From the NCBI GenBank assembly GCA_963701165.1, contig OY969571.1, forward strand, positions 1,102,599-1,166,598: a DNA stretch of 64,000 nt, given 5' to 3'. The translations under genes were made by a program, and so were the position numbers. The notes below the pieces were generated by a model that saw nothing but the letters and a program-made list of their open reading frames with translations, was not told where the DNA came from and did not search any database. Shown here piece after piece: positions 8,103-17,075 of the stretch. Position 1 is the stretch's first letter, and each line of letters starts with the position of its first letter. The stretch is from an uncultured Actinomycetes bacterium (GTDB taxonomy: Bacteria > Actinomycetota > Thermoleophilia > Solirubrobacterales > 70-9).

Positions 8103-10009
8103 TTGATAAGTCCGATCGCCCTGCTGCTCGGCCTGGGACTGGCCGGAGGCGGCTTTGTACTGGGCCAGCGTCACATCGCCGGGCTCGCGGTTTGGCTGGT
8201 TTTAGTGGCGCTCCTGGCGCTCGGCGCGGCTGGGCGAGCGAGGCTCGGCCGCCCCTTCTACTGGGCCACGGGGTTGATCGGAGGACTGGCGCTTTTTTCG
8301 GCATTCTCTTCTCTCTGGTCCGGGTCGATTGAGCTAAGCGTCACCGAAGCTGACCGAGTACTGGTCTATCTCGGCTTCTTCCTTGCCGCATTCCTGATCG
8401 CCCAAACCGAGCAAAGGGGCCAACGTTTCGCTGAAGGGATCGGAATTTCCCTGATCGCGTTCGCGCTTTTCGCCCTCTCTACGCGACTTTTGCCCGATCT
8501 GGTCCCATTTGGGCCCGATCCGGGCGGCAACGCCCGCCTCGGCTACCCGCTCGGCTATTGGAACGCGAACGGCTTTGTTTTTGGAGTAGCGGCGGCACAG
8601 GCGCTCTGGATGAGCAGGCATTCGCTGAACGCGGCCCTGCGCTGGCTCTCGGTGGCAGCGCTGCCGGTGGTCCTGCTGGCCCTCTACTTCACCTACTCGC
8701 GCGGCGGCCTGCTGGCGCTGCTGGTCGCCTGCGGCTGCCTGATCGCCCTCTCCCACGACCGGCTCTGGTTGCTGGCAACTCTGGCGATCGGCGTCCTCGC
8801 GGCGCTGCCGGCGATCCTGGCGACGCAGGGGCGACGGCCCTGGCCGACAACATCGCCGGCCAGGCCGCGATCGACCAGGGGGTGACGGTGCTGCTGATCC
8901 TCGTCGCCGGCTGCCTGCTGGCGGTGGGCCTGTTCTGGCTCATGCGCCGGCTCGAGCGGGGCGAGGGCGTGGCGACCGGGCGGGCGCTGGCGATGTCCCG
9001 CAACCCAACCGTGCTGAAGGGGGTGGCGGTGGCGCTCGCGGTGCTGGCGATCGGCGCCGTGGTCGCGGTCGGGGGCCGCGCCTGGGACCAGTTCTCGAGC
9101 CCGGACGTGCAGTTCACCAGCTATCCCGAGCACCACTTCAACGACCTCTCCGGCACCGGCCGCAGCGAAATGTGGCGGGTGGCGATCGACGCCTTCGGCG
9201 AAGACCCGGTGGCCGGGCACGGCGCCGGCACCTACCGCTTCTCCTGGAACGAGCTGCGCGAGATCGACTTAAAGCTGCTCGACGCCCACTCGCTCTACCT
9301 CGAGGCCTTCGCCGAGCTGGGCCTGATCGGCGGCCTGCTGGTCCTCGGTCTGATCGGGACCATCCTCTGGACCGGGTTCGCTGCCTGGCGAGCCTCCAGC
9401 GGGGCACAGCGGGAGCTATACGCGGCGCTGCTGGCCATCTGTCTCGCCTTCGCCGTCGGGGCCGGGATCGACTGGTTCTGGGAGATCGCCGTCGTCGGCG
9501 CCGTCTTCTTCCTCGCCGCCGGCGCCCTCGTCGCCGCCCGCTGCGGCCAGCTCGCCCGCGCCCGGGCCGAGGCGAACGGCGAGGGCGAGCAGCGTCGCTT
9601 CGGGTTCGCGGTCGCCGGCCTGGCGCTGGCCTGGATCGCCGCCCTGGCGCTGATCGGCCCGCTGCTGGTGGACCGCGAGATCGACGCCAGCAACGCGGCT
9701 GCCGCCGAGGGCAACATCGCCTCCGCGGTCGACCACGCCGACACCGCCCGCTCGATCGAGCCCTGGGCGGCCACCCCCTACGTCCAGCTCGGGCTGCTGG
9801 CGGAGTCCCAGGGCGACTACGCGACCGCCGCCGAGCGCCTCTCCCAGGCGATCGACCGCGAGGAAGGCAACTGGCAGCTCTATTACCTGCGGGCGCGGGT
9901 CGAGCGTGAGGCCGGCGACGACGCGGCCGCCGGCGCCGACCTCGCCGAAGCGCGCCGGCTGAACCCCAGAGAAGCCTGCCTGCAGGAAGGGTTCGAGGGA
10001 TGCGGATGA
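8103..10009 (+). CDS. O-antigen-ligase-like (Wzy_C) polytopic membrane protein with C-terminal TPR repeats; reading frame broken by one apparently missing base at 8828..8831
   Basis: The frame-0 ORF (7992..8885) carries the TM helices and YFTYSRGG. The frame-2 ORF (8558..10009) continues with GHGAGTY, AHSLYLEAFAELG, more TM helices and a TPR-like tail. The two join as ...AILATQG|ATALADNIAGQ if the GGGG run is GGGGG. A TTG start at 8103 follows GAGGA. Confidence 0.65.
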
Positions 10010-11478
10010 GCCACGTACCGGACACCAGGCCCGAGGCGCCGGCGGCGGAGAAGCCGTCCCCGCCCCCCACCCGGGGTCAGCCCGAGGGCCCTGGCGCGAT
10101 CGAGTCGCGGCGGCGCGGGGCGCTGCTGCGGCGCCTGCTCGCGCTCGGCGACTGGGGGGCGATGCTCGCCTCCCTCAGCGTCGTCACTGCCGCCACCTCA
10201 AGTACTGATACCGGCACCTTCTTCTGGGCGGTCCTCGTCAGCCCGTCCTGGGTGCTGGTGGTGAAGCTCCACGGCCTCTACGACAACGACCACCGGCGGA
10301 TCCGCCACAGCACCCTCGACGAGCTGCCCTCGCTGGTCTCGGCCAGCGTTCTCGGCACGCTCGTCCTCGACGGGTTACTGGCGATCAGCCCCGCCGGACC
10401 GCTCTCCCCCGCCAGCGCGATCGGCGTCGGCGTCGGCGTTCTGCTTGCCAGTTTCGTCGCCCGCGGCGTCCTCCGCTTCGGCTTCCACCACCTGATGCCG
10501 CAGGCGCTCGGCCTGGCGATCGGTCCGCCGAGGGCGGTCGACATGGTCGCCCGCCGCGTCTCCACCCATCCGGAGACCCGCCTGGCGCTGGTCGGCTATC
10601 TCTCCAGCGAGAGCGAGGAGACGGCAACCGAGCTACCCCGCCTCGGCTCCCCCGCCGATATCTCCCGGGTGGCACGGGAGCTGATGATCGAGCGGGTGGT
10701 CGTGACCGAACTGGAGACGGGCAAGATCGACGCCGAGCAGCTGATCGGGGAGTGCAAGGCCGAGGGCCTGGCGCTGACCTTCCTGCCCCAGCACTACGGC
10801 CTGCTCGGGCCGGGGATCGAGCTCAACCGCCTCGCCGAGCTGCCGGTCCTCGACTTCCGCTTCAGCGACCCGCCGCGCTCGACGATCGCGATGAAGCGGG
10901 CGATGGACATCGCCGTCTCCGCCCTGCTGCTGGTCCTGCTCTCGCCGCTGCTGATCGGGATCGCGCTCTGGATCCTGCTCGACGACGGGCGGCCGGTCCT
11001 CTTCCGCCAGCGCCGCGCCGGCAAGGACGGCGAGCCGTTCACGATGGTCAAGTTCCGGACCATGGTCAACGACGCCGAGCAGCGGCTGCCTGAGCTGGTC
11101 GACATCGAGAACCTCGACCAACCCGCCTTCAAGATCCAGGACGATCCCCGCGTCACCCGCAGCGGGCGCTGGCTGCGGCGCACCAGCTTCGACGAGCTGC
11201 CGCAGCTGCTCAACGTGCTGCGCGGGCAGATGTCGCTGGTCGGGCCGCGTCCCGAGGAGGAGAGCGTGGTCGCCCTCTATGACGAGCGCCAGCGCAGCCG
11301 CCTGGCGATCAAGCCAGGGATGACCGGGCCGATGCAGGTCTACGGCCGCAGCGACCTCACCTTCGAGGAGCGGCTGGCGATGGAGCGCGACTACCTCGAC
11401 AACCTCTCGCTGCTGACCGACCTGGAGATCCTCTTGCGGACGCCGCGGGCGATGGTCGGCGGCGAGGGCGCCTACTAG
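10000..11478 (+). CDS. Polyprenyl-phosphate glycosyl-1-phosphate transferase (WbaP-like bacterial sugar transferase; initiating enzyme)
   Basis: N-terminal TM helices. The C-terminal catalytic domain reads MKRAMDIAVSALLLVLLSPLL...RPVLFRQRRAGKDGEPFTMVKFRTM...DELPQLLNVLRGQMSLVGPRP. Confidence 0.85.
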   Translation: MRMSHVPDTRPEAPAAEKPSPPPTRGQPEGPGAIESRRRGALLRRLLALGDWGAMLASLSVVTAATSSTDTGTFFWAVLVSPSWVLVVKLHGLYDNDHRRIRHSTLDELPSLVSASVLGTLVLDGLLAISPAGPLSPASAIGVGVGVLLASFVARGVLRFGFHHLMPQALGLAIGPPRAVDMVARRVSTHPETRLALVGYLSSESEETATELPRLGSPADISRVARELMIERVVVTELETGKIDAEQLIGECKAEGLALTFLPQHYGLLGPGIELNRLAELPVLDFRFSDPPRSTIAMKRAMDIAVSALLLVLLSPLLIGIALWILLDDGRPVLFRQRRAGKDGEPFTMVKFRTMVNDAEQRLPELVDIENLDQPAFKIQDDPRVTRSGRWLRRTSFDELPQLLNVLRGQMSLVGPRPEEESVVALYDERQRSRLAIKPGMTGPMQVYGRSDLTFEERLAMERDYLDNLSLLTDLEILLRTPRAMVGGEGAY

Positions 11479-11488
11479 CGTCTCCGCG

Positions 11489-12361
11489 ATGCCCGAGCTC
11501 GAGGTCGTGATCGTCAGCCACGGCGCCGAAGCGCTGCTGCGGCGCTGCCTGCGTTCGCTGCAGGAGCACCCGATCACCGAGGGCGAGATGCGGGTCACCG
11601 TCGTCGACAGCGGCAGCCCCGACGGGACGCCGGACATGGTCGCGCGCGAGTTCCCCCAGGTGCGGCTGCTGCGGCGGGACAACATCGGCTTCTCCGCCGC
11701 CAACAACGTTGTCCTGCGCGAGGACGAGGCGGGCGCGGTGCTACTGCTCAATCCCGACACCGAGGTCTATGCGGGAACCCTCGACGCGGCGCTGGCGCGA
11801 CTGCGCTCGGACCCCACGATCGGGATGGTCGGGGTGAAGCTGGTGACCGAAAACGGTGAGCTCGACCACGCCTGCAAGCGCTCCTTCCCCACCCCGCTCT
11901 CGGCCCTGGCCCACTTCACCGGGATCGGTCGCGGCGAAGGTGCCGGCGAGGCGCTGAGCCAGTACCGCGCCACCCAGTTGGGCGACGACGAGCCGGGCGA
12001 GGTCGACGCGGTCAACGGCGCCTTCATGCTCTGCCGCGCCGCGGCGGTTCAGGACGTCGGCCTGCTCGACGAGGGCTACTGGCTCTACATGGAGGACCTC
12101 GACTGGTGCCACCGCTTCTGGGACGCCGGCTGGAAGGTCTTCTACGAGCCGGCCGGGGTGGCGCTGCACGTCAAGGGCGGCTCCAGCGCCTCGCGCCGGG
12201 GCCTCAAACAGGAGATCGCTTTTCACCGCGGCATGGGGCGCTTCTACCGCCGCTTCGACGCGCCGCAGAGCAACCCGCTGCTGAACGCAGCGGTCTACGC
12301 CGGGATCGGGGCCAAGCTCGGGGTCAGCCTGGCGATCACGGCCTACAAGCGAACGAGGTAG
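11489..12361 (+). CDS. Family 2 glycosyltransferase (rhamnosyltransferase-like)
   Basis: LEVVIVSHGAEALLRRCL...VVDSGSPDGT...NIGFSAANN...GAFMLCR...LYMEDLDWCHR, the typical GT2 (GT-A) core. Confidence 0.8.
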   Translation: MPELEVVIVSHGAEALLRRCLRSLQEHPITEGEMRVTVVDSGSPDGTPDMVAREFPQVRLLRRDNIGFSAANNVVLREDEAGAVLLLNPDTEVYAGTLDAALARLRSDPTIGMVGVKLVTENGELDHACKRSFPTPLSALAHFTGIGRGEGAGEALSQYRATQLGDDEPGEVDAVNGAFMLCRAAAVQDVGLLDEGYWLYMEDLDWCHRFWDAGWKVFYEPAGVALHVKGGSSASRRGLKQEIAFHRGMGRFYRRFDAPQSNPLLNAAVYAGIGAKLGVSLAITAYKRTR

Positions 12362-13149
12362 GCGTCCTGGAGGACGACCTGGCTCGGCGAGCCGAGGTCG
12401 AAGCGGCGCACCTCGGAGAAGGAAGCGAGCAGCTCCTCTTCGACGTAGGGGCGCGGGTGATAGACGGTGCAGAGGTTGCGACCCGCCATCCGCGGCCGCT
12501 GCACGACCATCTCACCGCAGTCGAAGCGCTGCTGCTCATCGAGGCTGAGCCGGTGGCGCATGCGCTCGCCGAGGACGCTCAGTACCAGCAGCCCGCCGGG
12601 GCGCAGCAGGCGCCGGAACTCGGCCAGCCAGCCCCGCTGCAAGACCTCGTCGAGATGGCTGAACACGGAGAGGGCGTAGACGAGGTCGAAGCTGCCGGTG
12701 ACGTACGGGGTCGGCGGGGCCAACTGGTTGCGGGTCGCCCGAAGGTTCGGCAGGTTGGCGACGCACCAGGCGACGAGGTCGGGGTTGTAGTCGCAACCGT
12801 AGATCTCCAGCCCCTCAACCGCCGCCCAATGACGGGCGACCCGGCCGCAACCGCAGCCGAAGTCGAGGATCGCCCGCATCCGCTCGACCGGGGCCCCAGC
12901 CGCCGCAGCCCCCGCCTGGATCGAGTCGCACATCTGCGCCCCGAGCCGGAGGAAGGCCTCGGCATCGCCGGTACGGCCGTCGACCAGCAGGCGCAGGCGT
13001 GGCGGCGGCACCGGTAACCCGTCGGCGCCAAGGGCCTCCCGCTCATGGGCGCGGTGGGCGAGCCATCCCTCGCGCAGCCGCTCGGCGGGCAAGAGCAGCC
13101 TGGTCCGGTCGAGCCTGTCGGCAATCTGACTCCGCGTCTGCTGGCGCAT
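12343..13149 (-). CDS. Class I SAM-dependent methyltransferase
   Basis: Motif I is ILDFGCGCGRVARHW, with later LVYALSVFSHL and LLRPGGLLVLSV. An ATG at 13149 is preferred over the ORF-track GTG at 13200. The 3' end overlaps the convergent GT2 gene by 19 nt. Confidence 0.7.
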   Translation of the reverse strand: MRQQTRSQIADRLDRTRLLLPAERLREGWLAHRAHEREALGADGLPVPPPRLRLLVDGRTGDAEAFLRLGAQMCDSIQAGAAAAGAPVERMRAILDFGCGCGRVARHWAAVEGLEIYGCDYNPDLVAWCVANLPNLRATRNQLAPPTPYVTGSFDLVYALSVFSHLDEVLQRGWLAEFRRLLRPGGLLVLSVLGERMRHRLSLDEQQRFDCGEMVVQRPRMAGRNLCTVYHPRPYVEEELLASFSEVRRFDLGSPSQVVLQDAYLVRL

Positions 13150-13197
13150 CCCATCGGTTTCAACCTCTTTAGAGGGGGAAAGTCGCGGCACTGCAGT

Positions 13198-13292
13198 CAC
13201 CGCTTTGGGGACGCCGGCTGGGAGATCTTCTACACCGTGATCGGGGCGAAGCTCGGGTCAGCCTGGCGATTACCGCGCTTCGCGGCCGCTAG
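13198..13292 (+). pseudogene. Decayed remnant of a GT2 gene 3' end (paralogous to 12110..12361)
   Basis: CACCGCTTTGGGGACGCCGGCTGGGAGATCTTCTAC... and ...GATCGGGGCGAAGCTCGGGTCAGCCTGGCGATTACC align to CACCGCTTCTGGGACGCCGGCTGGAAGGTCTTCTAC and GATCGGGGCCAAGCTCGGGGTCAGCCTGGCGATCAC of the intact gene. The remnant has an internal deletion and a 1-nt indel. Confidence 0.55.
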
Positions 13293-13534
13293 GCCACAGC
13301 GCGGCGGCTCCAAAGCGCGCCGCGAACCTTCTTCAACTCGACGACCTTGCCGAGGTCGTTCTTGATCCGAACCTCGCCGCCGCCCTCCCTGCGCACCATT
13401 GCCCGAGCCTTCTTCACGGCTCCTGATCGCGTTTCGTCGAACTCGGATGCGCGCCTACTACCGGCTCTTACGATCTCCCAACCGCCGAGACGCTTACTTG
13501 GCTGCACGCTGCGATCTGCGGTTCGAGTCTCCAT
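13289..13534 (-). CDS. Small DUF2188-like protein
   Basis: 81 aa from the ATG at 13534. GGWEIVRAGSRRASEFDETRSGAVKKARAMVRREGGGEVRIKNDLGKVVE has the DUF2188 pattern as I recall it. Lies in a lower-GC stretch. Confidence 0.5.
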   Translation of the reverse strand: METRTADRSVQPSKRLGGWEIVRAGSRRASEFDETRSGAVKKARAMVRREGGGEVRIKNDLGKVVELKKVRGALWSRRAVA

Positions 13535-13583
13535 TGCGACGAAGATAGCCGGCTCTCCGGCGGATCCCACCTTCACCGGTTCC

Positions 13584-14582
13584 TCAGCCCCCACATGCCA
13601 GCGGATGCGTCGAGGAGTCGAAGAAGAACAAGGGCGCGTCCAGACCGGCGCGAATGGTCGCCTTGGCCGCACGGATGTCGTTCTCGCTTTTTCCCTCACG
13701 CCGAATCGAAACGGCGACCGCCCGCGAGGGGTTGCGATTCAGCGCGTCTACGAGGTGCTGGTCCTGCTCACCCAGGTCGCTCCCGAAGACCACCATCGGG
13801 AGATCGCACTTGCCCAGCTGGTCAAGCGCGTGGGAAAGATAGTCGTTGCCCTCGATTCCCTGCAGCTTGTGCTGCGCCGAGCCCTCGGTGATCAGAAGCG
13901 GCCGGACCTGCTCGTCGCCGTCCAACGGCTTGCCGAACTGATCGAGCAGCGTCCTGAGGTTCTGGTGCACGAGCTTGCGGGTCGCGCCAGACCCCATAAC
14001 CACCAGGTGGAGCGCTCCGTGGAGGAAGTAGACCGGAGTTCGATGCGCGGGGACGTCGCACTCTGCGGGGTCGAAGGAGCTCTTCTCACACCAGAAGCAA
14101 TCGCATAGGCCCTTGAAACCCACGGCGTGCATCGCCCAGTAGACGATGAGGTCGTAGTTGGTGGAGAACACGTACTCCTGCTCCTGCAGGGTCCGGCCAA
14201 TTGTCTCGAGCGTGTCGCCCGAAACACTCGAGTGCTTGACATGCACGGCCTGGACAGCCTTGCCAAGGGCCAGCTGAACGCTCTTGTAGCGGTCCAGGTA
14301 GGGGCCGGAGTCCTTGCCGAGAGCCTCCGCCATGCGAATGGCGGAGGCAAGCTCTCCCAATACTCGCTCGAAGTTCTTGGTGCCCAGCTCTTCGAAGAGG
14401 TTTCGGTCGGGGGTCGTGAGAGCGCCGGCCTTGTCGAACAGCGAGGGGTAGCCGAAGCCCTCCCACACATTCCTGCTCAGACCATTGCCCAGCAGAAGAG
14501 CAGACCAGTCGTCGCGTTCGGCGGTCACCTCCTCCCAGCGGGCGAGGCTCCCGTCGATCGGATGCCCATCTGCGACCGTCAC
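13584..14582 (-). CDS. SIR2-like (DUF4917/SIR2_2-type) protein, candidate NAD-utilising enzyme
   Basis: LLLGNGLS sits at the Rossmann-loop position. FSTNYD supplies the Asn and YFLHGALHLV supplies the His. A GTG start at 14582 follows GAGGG, 8 nt after the rmlC stop. Lower GC than the rml genes. Confidence 0.55.
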   Translation of the reverse strand: MTVADGHPIDGSLARWEEVTAERDDWSALLLGNGLSRNVWEGFGYPSLFDKAGALTTPDRNLFEELGTKNFERVLGELASAIRMAEALGKDSGPYLDRYKSVQLALGKAVQAVHVKHSSVSGDTLETIGRTLQEQEYVFSTNYDLIVYWAMHAVGFKGLCDCFWCEKSSFDPAECDVPAHRTPVYFLHGALHLVVMGSGATRKLVHQNLRTLLDQFGKPLDGDEQVRPLLITEGSAQHKLQGIEGNDYLSHALDQLGKCDLPMVVFGSDLGEQDQHLVDALNRNPSRAVAVSIRREGKSENDIRAAKATIRAGLDAPLFFFDSSTHPLACGG

Positions 14583-14589
14583 GAAGCCC

Positions 14590-15138
14590 TCAGAAGGGCA
14601 GCGAGTCGGCGGCTTCGGCCAATCGCGGCGCAACCTTGTCGCGCTCGCTCAGCAGCGGGTCGCTGACCTGCCACTCGATGCCGATCTCGGGGTCGTCCCA
14701 GGCGATCCCGGACTCGGTCGCCGGGTCGTAGTAGCTGGACACCTGGTAGGCGACGTCGGCCGTCTCGCTGAGGACGGCGAAGCCGTGGCCGAAGCCGACC
14801 GGGACGAAGAGCTGGCGGTGCTTGACGTCGTCGAGCAGGTGCGCCTCCCACTGCCCGTAGGTGGGCGAGCCGCGACGCAGGTCGACGGCGACGTCGAGGA
14901 TCTCGCCGCGGGCGCAGCGGATCAGCTTCGCCTGCCCAGGCTCGGTCTGGAAGTGGATCCCGCGCAGCGTCCCCTTCGAGGAGCGCGAGTGGTTGTGCTG
15001 GACGAACTCGACCTCGACCCCGAGCTGGCGCCAGGCGTCGCGGCTGTAGGACTCGAGCATGAAGCCACGCTCGTCGCCGTGGACGACCGGCTCGACCAGG
15101 ACCACCCCTTCGAGCTTCGTCTCCAGCCGCTCCGCCAC
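14590..15138 (-). CDS. rmlC: dTDP-4-dehydrorhamnose 3,5-epimerase
   Basis: LEGVVLVEPVVHGDERGFMLESY...GTLRGIHFQ...KLIRCARGEILDVAVDLR...YYDP, the typical RmlC cupin. Confidence 0.9.
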   Translation of the reverse strand: MAERLETKLEGVVLVEPVVHGDERGFMLESYSRDAWRQLGVEVEFVQHNHSRSSKGTLRGIHFQTEPGQAKLIRCARGEILDVAVDLRRGSPTYGQWEAHLLDDVKHRQLFVPVGFGHGFAVLSETADVAYQVSSYYDPATESGIAWDDPEIGIEWQVSDPLLSERDKVAPRLAEAADSLPF

Positions 15139-15141
15139 TAG

Positions 15142-16125
15142 CTAGCCCAGTGCCTTCCCGTACTGCTTTTCGTAGTACTCGCGGTACTCGCCGGAGCGGA
15201 TCGGGCCCCACCAGTCCTCGTTGTCGCGATACCACTGGACGGTTCGCTCGAGGCCCTCGGCGAAGTGGACCTGGGCCTCCCAGCCGAGCTCCTCCTTCAG
15301 CTTCGCCGAGGAGAGCGAGTAGCGGCGATCGTGGCCTGGGCGGTCTTTGACGTATTCGATCAGCGACTCGTCGCCGCCGGTCAGCTCGATCACCCGCTTG
15401 ACGACCTCGATGTTCTCGCACTCGTCGGGACCGCCGACGTTGTAGGCCTCGCCCGCCACGCCCTTGGTCAGCACCGTGTGGATGCCGCTGCAGAAGTCCT
15501 CGACGAAGAGCCAGTTGCGGACCTGCTTGCCGTCGCCGTAGACCGGCAGCGAGTCGCCGTGGACTGCGTTGAGGACCATCAGCGGGATCAGCTTCTCGGG
15601 ATATTGGCGCGGGCCGTAGTTGTTGGAGCCGCGGACGATCGAGGCGTCGATCCCGTAGGTGTGGAAGTGGGCGGAGACGAGCAGGTCGCCGGCGGTCTTG
15701 GTCGCCGAGTAGGGCGAGGAGGGGTCGAGCGGCGAGGTCTCGGTGAAGGAGCCGGAGTCGATCGAGCCGTAGACCTCGTCGGTGGAAACCTGCAGGTAGC
15801 GCTCGACCCCGAGCTCGCGGGCGGCGTCGAGCAGGGTGCCGGTGCCGATCACGTGGGTGCGGGCGAAGGCGTCCTGGTCGTCGATCGAGCGATCGACGTG
15901 ACTCTCGGCGGCGAAGTTGACGACCGCGTCGACGCCCTGCATCGCCTCGCGGACGACGGCGGGATCCTCGATCGCTCCCTCGATCAGGTTCGTCCCCTCG
16001 GGCAGGTTCTCGCGCCGGCCGGCGTAGGTGAGCTTGTCGAGGACGACGACGTCGTGCTCGTCGCCGACCAGTCGCACATAGGTGGAGCCGATGAAGCCGG
16101 CGGCGCCGGTGACCAGGAGTTTCAT
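15142..16125 (-). CDS. rmlB: dTDP-glucose 4,6-dehydratase
   Basis: MKLLVTGAAGFIGS...STDEVYG...PYSATKTAGDLL...DRPGHDRRY. The ATG at 16125 overlaps the rmlD stop (ATGA). Confidence 0.92.
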   Translation of the reverse strand: MKLLVTGAAGFIGSTYVRLVGDEHDVVVLDKLTYAGRRENLPEGTNLIEGAIEDPAVVREAMQGVDAVVNFAAESHVDRSIDDQDAFARTHVIGTGTLLDAARELGVERYLQVSTDEVYGSIDSGSFTETSPLDPSSPYSATKTAGDLLVSAHFHTYGIDASIVRGSNNYGPRQYPEKLIPLMVLNAVHGDSLPVYGDGKQVRNWLFVEDFCSGIHTVLTKGVAGEAYNVGGPDECENIEVVKRVIELTGGDESLIEYVKDRPGHDRRYSLSSAKLKEELGWEAQVHFAEGLERTVQWYRDNEDWWGPIRSGEYREYYEKQYGKALG

Positions 16126-16973
16126 TCGCTTGCTGCCTCCGCTTTTCGTTGGGCGAGATAGCCTGCCAGGCCGTCCTGCCAGGTGGGGAGCCGGATCGCG
16201 TGCTCGCGCTGGCTGACCAGGGCCGAGAAGGCGGGCCGGGGAGCGGGCCGGCCGAGCATCTCGGTCGTGCTCGAGAGGACTTTGCACTCGACCTCGGCCT
16301 GCTCGAAGATCTCGCGGGCGAACTCGTACCAGGAGCAGTGGCCGCCCGCCGCCATGTGGTGGATGCCGTACTCCATGCCGTCGATCAGGCGGACGATCCC
16401 GTAGGCGAGGTGCCAGGTGTAGGTCGGCGAGGTGGACTGGTCGCGGACGACGAGGACCTCGTTCCGGGTCTCGGCCAGCTGCAGCATCGTCTCGACGAAG
16501 TTGCGGCCGCCGAGCCCGAAGAGGCCGGCCGAGCGGACGATGAAGTGGCGCTTGTTGGCAGCGGCGACCGCCTCCTCCCCGGCCAGCTTGGTGCGGCCGT
16601 AGGCCGACTGCGGCGCCACCTGGTCGCTCTCCACGTAGGGCGCGCCCTTGCTGCCGTCGAAGACGTAGTCGGTGGAGACGTGGAGGATCCGCGCTTCGAT
16701 CTCGGCCGCAGCCGCGGCGACGTTGCCGGCGCCCGAGCCGTTGACGGCGAAGGCCGCCTCCTCGGACTCCTCGGCGCCGTCGACGTCGGTCCAGGCGGCG
16801 CAGTTGATGACCACGTCGGGCCGCTCGAGGTCGAGCTTGCGGCGGACCGCGGCGGGGTCGGAGACGTCGAACTCGGCGCGGCCGTAGCCGATCACGTCGT
16901 GGCCGGCGTTGCCGGCGGCGAGGAGGACGTCGCGGCCCAGCATCCCGGCGGCCCCGGTGACGAGCAACTTCAT
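16122..16973 (-). CDS. rmlD: dTDP-4-dehydrorhamnose reductase
   Basis: MKLLVTGAAGMLGRDV...VINCAAWTDVDGAE...STDYVFDG...YGRTKLAGE. Confidence 0.9.
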   Translation of the reverse strand: MKLLVTGAAGMLGRDVLLAAGNAGHDVIGYGRAEFDVSDPAAVRRKLDLERPDVVINCAAWTDVDGAEESEEAAFAVNGSGAGNVAAAAAEIEARILHVSTDYVFDGSKGAPYVESDQVAPQSAYGRTKLAGEEAVAAANKRHFIVRSAGLFGLGGRNFVETMLQLAETRNEVLVVRDQSTSPTYTWHLAYGIVRLIDGMEYGIHHMAAGGHCSWYEFAREIFEQAEVECKVLSSTTEMLGRPAPRPAFSALVSQREHAIRLPTWQDGLAGYLAQRKAEAASE

Positions 16974-17075
16974 TTGGTGCAGGGTGGCGTTTGCACGGGC
17001 AGCAGGCTAGCTATCCGAGGGGGCCGAGGGAGCAAAGCACCAACGACGACGGCGATACGGCACTCCAACTTCCGA

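Noticed and set aside
8820-8840. Programmed -1 ribosomal frameshifting as an explanation for the four split genes
   Set aside because: I saw no X-XXY-YYZ slippery heptamer and no obvious downstream stimulatory structure at any site. The four genes are unrelated, so a sequencing or mutational indel is simpler.
13500-13545. tRNA-like GGTTCGAGTCTCC segment
   Set aside because: The flanking bases do not form a T-arm stem (TGCGG versus CTCCA) and no acceptor or anticodon arms can be drawn. It lies inside the DUF2188 coding start region.
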